This document shows positions 57,094 through 64,000 of a DNA stretch of 64,000 nucleotides, piece after piece (the stretch's first letter is position 1; every line of letters starts with the position of its first letter). The translations under genes were made by a program, and so were the position numbers. Under the pieces are notes generated by a model. The model searched no databases, was not told the origin of the DNA, and saw only the letters and a list, made by a program, of their open reading frames with translations. Origin of the DNA: Alloascoidea hylecoeti (Eukaryota); NCBI GenBank assembly GCA_001600815.1, contig BCKZ01000016.1:299077-363076 (forward strand), in the 5' to 3' direction.

Positions 57094-57125
57094 TATTTAC
57101 ATTACAGTCATAAGATATATACAAG
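57094..57125 (-). promoter_or_regulatory. Two Puf3-type elements in the MRPL11 3' UTR
   Basis: Minus-strand CTTGTATATA (57125-57116) and TGTAAATA (57101-57094), immediately after the stop of a mitoribosomal gene. Confidence 0.65.
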
Positions 57126-57126
57126 T

Positions 57127-57894
57127 TTAGTCTGATTTCTCATCTTTAGGAGCTAGCATTTCCCTTCTTGCCTCCATTGTCATGGATAGGAGTTGTGGTG
57201 TAGTCTCCAAAGCCTGTGTTAAAGCACCACCTCCAGCCATTGTCAAAACACCCAGCACTTGGGATTGCAATTCTGTCAACGTAGGCAATTCCTTAAATTG
57301 ATCAATCTCATTAAGATCCATGATCATATCACCAACCTTGGCACCAGTGATAAAAAGAGATTCCTTCAATTTCTTAACAACTTTCAAAACATCTTTAACC
57401 TGTTTAGGGTTTATTTCTTTGAACAAGATTACAGATGAAGGGCCAGAAATCAAATGTCGTATATTGAGCAAGCTTATATCTTTACGAGTATTGAAATGGG
57501 CTAGTTCTGAGGCAGGGTCTAGTTCTTTATATGTCTTTAAAGCCTTTTTGAATATGGCACCACGCAGAATTTTCAAGCGAGCATCTGATTTCAAGAGTTC
57601 ATGTCTTAGGTTCCTGCTGTCAGTTTTTGAGATTGCGTTGTTTTGAGCAAACAAAATGACTGGAGTGGAGCGCAGATATTCTGAGTAGAGATCGATAAGG
57701 TATGTTTTCCTTTGATCAGACAGTCTCATGGGTCTTCTTTTGGGCAGCTTATCCAGATTCAGAGGGTTTATTCTCGGGGCCCTGGGAGGAGGGGTGCGTT
57801 TGACAGCCTCAGTGGACTCTGCACGTGTGCCGACTCGTGCTGCGAGGGTGGGTCTGAGTGCCTGTCGGAGGGTTGGTGCGAGGGTCCTTAGCAT
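57127..57894 (-). CDS. MRPL11: Mitochondrial ribosomal protein uL10m
   Basis: Arg-rich presequence; RKTYLIDLY; L10-like core; C-terminal FKELPTLTELQSQVLGVLTMAGGGALTQALE. Confidence 0.85.
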   Translation of the reverse strand: MLRTLAPTLRQALRPTLAARVGTRAESTEAVKRTPPPRAPRINPLNLDKLPKRRPMRLSDQRKTYLIDLYSEYLRSTPVILFAQNNAISKTDSRNLRHELLKSDARLKILRGAIFKKALKTYKELDPASELAHFNTRKDISLLNIRHLISGPSSVILFKEINPKQVKDVLKVVKKLKESLFITGAKVGDMIMDLNEIDQFKELPTLTELQSQVLGVLTMAGGGALTQALETTPQLLSMTMEARREMLAPKDEKSD

Positions 57895-58067
57895 CTTGGC
57901 CGTTTTCGATGCAAGTGAGGTTAGCTCTAGCGAGTGAAAAGTAGATCCGTGTGCGTAAATATGTGGCCGTATGCGTATATCTTAGAACGGCACACCTACC
58001 GTTTGGACATTAATGACAATGAACCGAACTAATTATAACAACAAAACAAACCTCCACAACAAACCAG

Positions 58068-60152
58068 ATGACGCAATTCTCCAGGAGTCCGGGCCCCGAT
58101 GTGGCGCCAACACACAGGTCCGCTGCTACTACACCCAGCCATCTTTCTGAGTTCTACTCTTTTGTCAACCCGTCCTCTCCCCCCAAAAGGCGTCCCTCGC
58201 AGTCCACCCTCACCACGGTCTCAACCTCCATGTCTACAACTCCTTCTGCGCTCAACCTCCCTGTCCTCATCACCACCTCAGAAGTGAACTCGACCCTGAA
58301 CTGCTATCAGGCTCTTTTGGATTCGGCCGCCAAATACAGATCTGCTCTTCTCAACGTTGCTTCTGCTGCTTCTGATTTCGGGTTGGCTTTGGAAAATTGT
58401 GCCCGTTGCAAGGGATCTGGTTCTGCTGCCGACGGACTGCTAGCTGCTGGGGGCCTGCATTTTCTAGTGGCAAATCATCAATTAATCCTAGCTCAATCTA
58501 TTGACACCGCCTTTGAGACTCCTGTTTCTAAAGAAATTGAAAAGTTCACATCAAGACAACGTGAGAATGATGCCGTTTTCCAAAAACAAATAAAGCAAAA
58601 GACTCGCTTACTACGCAAGAGAGAAAAAGACAATCTTCGACAGAGCAAGCTGAAAATTCGAAATTTACAGACTTATCGGAATTCCTTACTTGAATTAACT
58701 ACTCAAATAGATGATATCGACAGTTTGAAATACAGATATTACCAGTCTTCTTATGATCTTGTTCAGGATACTTCACTGCGGATATTATCGAGATCTGGTT
58801 CTGTTGTCAGAGCCCAAGTTGAAATCTACGAAGGCATTGCTAGAAAAGGCTGGAGTGGTGGTGGATTAGATGATTTAATAGCTGCGTGTCCTGATCCCTT
58901 CACACCCGAAGAAGTGGAGGAAGAAGAGGAAACGTCAACCGTTTCCAAGTTAGCATCGTTGCTTGGGAATGTCAACGATGATAAAATCAGAAAAAATTCT
59001 GCTACAAATGATCAGCAGAAAGGTGAATTCTATACCTCAATCAATAGTTCAGATCCCTTTAAACATCCAAATTCTCTCACATCATCTATCCCTTCTTCCT
59101 CACAATTTACATCACGCTTAAATATTTCACATGCTCTTTCCCATTCTATAGGGCCCGGTGCTGGACCTGGGTCCGGTCCTTATTCAAACGGTGATCATCC
59201 AAGATCTCAACAGACTATAACAAGTATTTTGCCCTCACACTCTATTCTGTCAAACAAACGGATTGGTACGCCGTTATTGTCAAGAACAAATTCCCAAAAG
59301 GCACAAACTCAGCCCAGCATTCAATCTCGATCATCGTCAAATTCAACTTCAATACATTCAGAATCAACTGATACGGAGCGCCCAGCTGATACTTCCGACT
59401 TTTACAAGGCTAGTAACTCATCTGGATCTCCAGGTAGTAATTTTATCTATTCTCCTTTCAATGCGTCCCTTCAACAATCTAATCGAAATGAATCAAAAAC
59501 AAGTCTTTGTATTAGTACTACTGACGACAAATCAGCTGCAACTGTCACTCGTATTAATGAACACCCAATATATGCCAGTCAAGGTAAACCAGATAGTGAG
59601 AGTCGCTCTAAAAATGTAAATAACTTCATTAATTCACTCAATAATTTAGGAATAACTAGTTCTAGCCAGGAAAAATCACAGTCTCCATATGCAGGTGAAA
59701 ATAAGATTGAAACAAATAATGATAACAATGAGTTTGATAATGGTAATGTTACTGAAACGGAGACTGAAACTGAGATTGGAACTACGGTTGGTGGAAAGGG
59801 ATTGGTTAGAGATAGCCTCGATAGTATATCTGCAGATTCATCATTTTCATTACCTGGTGTGATTGACTCTGGATATTATCACGATGGTTATCCCGAACAC
59901 TCTGATGAGGAAAGTGAAAACCATGAGGACAACAATAAAGATGTCGATAATAAGGAAGGGGTTGAGACCAGTGGCATAGAAGATAGTGATGCCGATGAAG
60001 AAGAAGCTCGAACGGATCAGAGAACTGTTTTAGCGCATTCTGATAATAGTATAGAGGCATTGGGTGGTCATATTGAATGGAAAGGCTTAAATTCATATTC
60101 CTCTGATGAAGATAGTAGGGATTCTACTAGTAATATAGAAAAAGGTAGATGA
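58068..60152 (+). CDS. IVY1: I-BAR/IMD-like phospholipid-binding protein
   Basis: Motifs LLDSAAKYRSAL..AASDFGLALENCARCKG, GGLHFLVANHQLILA and YEGIARKGWSGGGLDDL; long disordered acidic tail. Confidence 0.85.
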   Translation: MTQFSRSPGPDVAPTHRSAATTPSHLSEFYSFVNPSSPPKRRPSQSTLTTVSTSMSTTPSALNLPVLITTSEVNSTLNCYQALLDSAAKYRSALLNVASAASDFGLALENCARCKGSGSAADGLLAAGGLHFLVANHQLILAQSIDTAFETPVSKEIEKFTSRQRENDAVFQKQIKQKTRLLRKREKDNLRQSKLKIRNLQTYRNSLLELTTQIDDIDSLKYRYYQSSYDLVQDTSLRILSRSGSVVRAQVEIYEGIARKGWSGGGLDDLIAACPDPFTPEEVEEEEETSTVSKLASLLGNVNDDKIRKNSATNDQQKGEFYTSINSSDPFKHPNSLTSSIPSSSQFTSRLNISHALSHSIGPGAGPGSGPYSNGDHPRSQQTITSILPSHSILSNKRIGTPLLSRTNSQKAQTQPSIQSRSSSNSTSIHSESTDTERPADTSDFYKASNSSGSPGSNFIYSPFNASLQQSNRNESKTSLCISTTDDKSAATVTRINEHPIYASQGKPDSESRSKNVNNFINSLNNLGITSSSQEKSQSPYAGENKIETNNDNNEFDNGNVTETETETEIGTTVGGKGLVRDSLDSISADSSFSLPGVIDSGYYHDGYPEHSDEESENHEDNNKDVDNKEGVETSGIEDSDADEEEARTDQRTVLAHSDNSIEALGGHIEWKGLNSYSSDEDSRDSTSNIEKGR

Positions 60153-61227
60153 TGATTAAGATAAACATATTTTGATTGGATTACTGGTTTGGTTTGCTTT
60201 CTTCGGAATTGTGGGATGGTATATGAGTGAATGACTGCCGCTGTGTACAAAAGTATAAAACTGAAAAGATGATTTTTTATAGAAATTTATTACTATCAAT
60301 GATGATTGATAACCTTTCATCTTCTTTAATTTCATTTTTTCATTTTTTTTTTTTCATATTTTATCCTTATTTTATTATGACTTGGTGTTAGTACAATTGT
60401 TATTAACTTTTGAATTTTCTAATTTTTTTTATCACTTAATTATTGTTTATTTTTAATCGTCAAAAACAATATTGAATTGTCTAACTTAAGCTTGTTTGAT
60501 GTAGCTAGTTAACAAAATAGAGGTATTGATTCTCCTTGAAAGCAGAAGTGCTCGTGTACTTATATTGACATGTATGCACCCTACGTGTAAAATCAAGAAA
60601 TGTTATCATAGTTGTATGCGACACGAGTTATATGGGTGGCCAAACACTAGGTTGTATCGATATAAATACCGATTGAATAGAATGCTTTTTTGAAAAGGTC
60701 AATAAATTAATAATAGTCTTGGGTCTTACATAAGTCTGCAATTGTCATGATGCTTTATTCGCATTGGATCAGGGTCAAAAGTTCTAATAACTCTAAATAT
60801 AAATGTTTGATTTGGGCCTATATATGATAAACGCGTACACCTCTTAATTACATGTACCATCTATAATAAAAACAAAAAAGAAAACAAACTGGCTTTAAAA
60901 GGTGTAATGCGAGCTTAAGTATTAAAATTCAAAAATCCAAAAATAAACAAAAACAGTAAATAACAAAGTAACATTATTATTATATCTTGATAAATATTAA
61001 AAACAAAAAAAACAAAAATGCTTAGAAACAAAAACAGAGATCAAATAAACTTTTTTACTTCTTTTATTTTAAATCTAATAAATAAAAAGGAAAAGAAACA
61101 GTTTCAATAAAGATAAAGCATGGAAGTAATAAAAAGAATAGATAAAATAATCGATGGGACAATCGATAAAATAGCACCAGTAAGTAAACATCTGTAGAAT
61201 AAAGACATAAAATTCAATTGCAAATAC

Positions 61228-64000
61228 TTAGATATGCAGAGAGCAGATTTCATCTCTACAAAGTTTCAAGTAAACTCCACACATTCTGATTAGGTCAACA
61301 ATAATAAATCTACAAACTGATGATGTAATAAAATTTAGCATCTTTTCAATTTGTTTGTTGATTTGTAATATAATCTCTGTTTGCTCCTTTCTCTTCTTTA
61401 AGTTGTTGTCTAAAAGGCACGATTGTGAGCTACAACGACGTGGAATATGAGTTGAAATTGTTGAACTCCTAGAAATTCTTCGTTTGATAGGTGAGTGTTT
61501 TTCAATACTCATCTCAGAAAATGATTTGTGATGTGTTGGTGAGAAATTCGATAATGATTTACTATTGGCAGATTTAGGGATCGAAATATATTGGGGAATG
61601 GGGGATACTGGAGATAAAGAAACTGGAAATAATTCTTCTAATTCCGTGATTCTAGTTGAATTTCTTTCCATAATCTGATATAATGATTGGACAACGTCAA
61701 GAAGTTTCTTTATAGTATTGAGATACTCTTGCTTCTTTTTCAAACTTTCTTTGTTTTCAATACTTCCATCTTGATTAACCTTAGAGGTGGTATTAATGGA
61801 ATTTTGATCTTGATATTGACGACTATCAAGGAGTACTACACTAGCAGCAAGTCTGTTCTGATAACCAAGACCATTATTTTGTCTCATTAACTTTTTTTTA
61901 GTGGCTGAGTATTCTGCTTGTGCTTCACGACCTCTGGGTAAGCTTTGAAACAGTTTTTCGCTCGAATTTTTGTGCTCAGAAAGATAAATGGTAGTTGAAG
62001 TCAAATCTAAATGTTCCTGACTTCCGATTGTGTATTTTGTATGTGTAGTTTCAGATGGGATAGGCGCTGTAATATTAAAGATTCTAGATGATGGTTTATC
62101 TTTTGGTTTGAATTTAAACTTTCCTGAAAAGAAGGTTTTCAAGGAATTTTTTCTTTTGTTCTTCAAATGATTCTGAGGAGAGCGAAGTTGTAATTCTTCT
62201 ATTCTTGGAGGAGATTGGGAGTTTATATTATTAATATCAACAGAATTCCAATTAGTGCCAGAAGATGAGGATTTGAGCGAATGCTGCTCTTGATTGGACA
62301 TCTGAGCTTTGGTTATCGATGGCGCCGCAAGCACAGGTTCAGAAGAGGTAGGGTTCTTTAATTGAGTTCTTGCCGCCTGTTTATCAAACCTGTTATGAGA
62401 TGTTGGAGTTTCACCTATTAAAGTCAATTCTTTTCGATTGAAATTTGTGTTTGTGGCATGATAATGCGGTGATGTCACATTCATAGTTGTCATCGACCTC
62501 GACAGAAATATTGGAGTTTGTTTAGATTCAAAGTTTCTTGTTGGTGATACTACATTTAAAGTTTCAAACTTCCTATCATCGATCATATGCCATTCATCTC
62601 CCGAGATAATACTTCTTGCTGAGCTTTTTTCTGTATTTGAGCTTTTGATACTAGTAGGATTGTCTAAAGGGCCTTGCACCATTTCGTTGGCACTACAGAA
62701 GACCTGTTCTGAAGTATCAGCAAATGAAGTGGCTCCTGGTGATTGGATAAAACGTCCTTTGGTAATTTCTTTATATTCTGTCTCAATCTCTCTATTTAGA
62801 ATGGCGCTAGAAGGCATATACATATCATAAGCCTGTAATAACTTTGTATGAAAATTAAAAACCATGGCTACTTTCCCCGCTCTTTGTAATATCTGAGAAT
62901 CATGATTTTCACTTGAAGAAAATTCATTATCCGCTGAATATTTTTTATGATTACTTCCGGTAATAAAGGTTGTGCGATCAAAAGCAGAATTTTTCAATTT
63001 ATCAATAAGATCCTTATTAGATAATTTCAAATTATCCAGCATTGCTGTTTCAACAAAGCTCTCTAATTCCCCTACAATATCTTTACATATTGATATTTTA
63101 ATATCTGCATCTTTAATAGGAACATATGGATCTGACCATATACCAATAGGTACAAATAGCTTTTGAGTTATGAATTGACCCTTAATATTGTTTTGGTGTT
63201 GCTTAGCTTGCATAAGATTTAAGAACGAATGACTCAATTCAGTATTTGGATTCATTTCAAAAGGCGAAGGTAATGTAGGATCAGAAGACTTAGCCACTCT
63301 TGTCAGAAACCATTTTGCATAATCGATTGAAGATTCAGGTAATGTATAATAAGGATGTTGTTTGGGGTCCATTTCCTTAGTGACGTCTGCAATCGTTTGC
63401 AATTGATTTGCCTTAAAGCTTAAATTAAAATTTACCCGAGAAAGATTGTGGTTAAAGTTTGAAATGTTGTTATGCGGCTGATTTGAAATTTGGCTTGAAA
63501 TTTCACTACCTACACCAGAATGTCCATCACCAATAACGCTATGTGTAATATCGATTTCTAGTTTGTGTTTTATTTGAGATTCTCTTATCGGGGATGATTG
63601 TTGTCTTGGTAAAGGAGGAATTTCTAGGTTAGTGGTGGTAGTGTTTGATCCTGATGTTGAAATCTCATGCTGAAAGAGAGTTAGATTAGGTTTCGGTTTC
63701 AAAATCTTATCTTGAATTGAATTTTCGGATTGTGAGCTAACATCTGAAATTAGGGGTATAGATTCAATATCAGCGTCAGTAGTACTCGAAAAACTGACTC
63801 CGTGAGATGTATCAACACTATTTCTCAAATCAACATTAGGGAGGGATAAATTTATTTCGTTGTCGAAGTTTATTAGTCTATCAAAAGAAGAAGCACTATT
63901 TCTATCCCCTTCAATACTGCTATAGGTTTCAGAAGCATTTGACGTTTTACGGTCCAATTTAGCATTGTCTTCTGTGATTGTTTTCCTTTTATCCTCATTA
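61228..64000 (-). CDS. Large uncharacterised protein, 5' part outside the window
   Basis: Frame stays open from the window edge through 63957 to the stop at 61228 (>920 aa). S/N/T-rich disordered segments alternate with helical blocks; no family recognised. Confidence 0.8.
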   Translation of the reverse strand, partial: NEDKRKTITEDNAKLDRKTSNASETYSSIEGDRNSASSFDRLINFDNEINLSLPNVDLRNSVDTSHGVSFSSTTDADIESIPLISDVSSQSENSIQDKILKPKPNLTLFQHEISTSGSNTTTTNLEIPPLPRQQSSPIRESQIKHKLEIDITHSVIGDGHSGVGSEISSQISNQPHNNISNFNHNLSRVNFNLSFKANQLQTIADVTKEMDPKQHPYYTLPESSIDYAKWFLTRVAKSSDPTLPSPFEMNPNTELSHSFLNLMQAKQHQNNIKGQFITQKLFVPIGIWSDPYVPIKDADIKISICKDIVGELESFVETAMLDNLKLSNKDLIDKLKNSAFDRTTFITGSNHKKYSADNEFSSSENHDSQILQRAGKVAMVFNFHTKLLQAYDMYMPSSAILNREIETEYKEITKGRFIQSPGATSFADTSEQVFCSANEMVQGPLDNPTSIKSSNTEKSSARSIISGDEWHMIDDRKFETLNVVSPTRNFESKQTPIFLSRSMTTMNVTSPHYHATNTNFNRKELTLIGETPTSHNRFDKQAARTQLKNPTSSEPVLAAPSITKAQMSNQEQHSLKSSSSGTNWNSVDINNINSQSPPRIEELQLRSPQNHLKNKRKNSLKTFFSGKFKFKPKDKPSSRIFNITAPIPSETTHTKYTIGSQEHLDLTSTTIYLSEHKNSSEKLFQSLPRGREAQAEYSATKKKLMRQNNGLGYQNRLAASVVLLDSRQYQDQNSINTTSKVNQDGSIENKESLKKKQEYLNTIKKLLDVVQSLYQIMERNSTRITELEELFPVSLSPVSPIPQYISIPKSANSKSLSNFSPTHHKSFSEMSIEKHSPIKRRISRSSTISTHIPRRCSSQSCLLDNNLKKRKEQTEIILQINKQIEKMLNFITSSVCRFIIVDLIRMCGVYLKLCRDEICSLHI

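Overview
Eukaryotic, AT-rich, gene-dense window from a budding-yeast-type fungus. The standard genetic code applies (CTG sits at conserved Leu positions in LSM4 and IVY1). I reconstructed 20 short introns (57-94 nt), which points to an intron-rich, early-diverging Saccharomycotina lineage. Most of the window is housekeeping genes: ALG3, KAP123, an Mbp1/Swi4-type factor, LSM4, a TM9 protein, CDC27, BOI1/2, UGA4, AHK1-like, seipin, SOL3, AMD1, PFK26, ALG11, MOB1, YMC1/2, a PUF gene, a sugar porter, TRM8, MRPL11 and IVY1. Several of these are only recoverable by splicing. The notable part is an accessory island at about 32.2-38.8 kb. It holds (i) what looks like a nuclear-captured piece of a cytoplasmic linear plasmid/virus-like element (VLE, pGKL2-type): a decayed gene followed by an intact 180-aa ORF resembling the VLE ssDNA-binding protein, with an ATNTGA promoter motif, a downstream hairpin and an A23 tract; and (ii) an intronless secreted CBM1-linker-GH45 cellulase of Mucorales-like architecture, which is rare in yeasts. 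Also notable: a C-terminally truncated Mpf1/Puf8-type PUF gene with non-canonical splice sites, and sharp GC peaks at divergent promoters. Family assignments come from recalled motifs; no searches were run.
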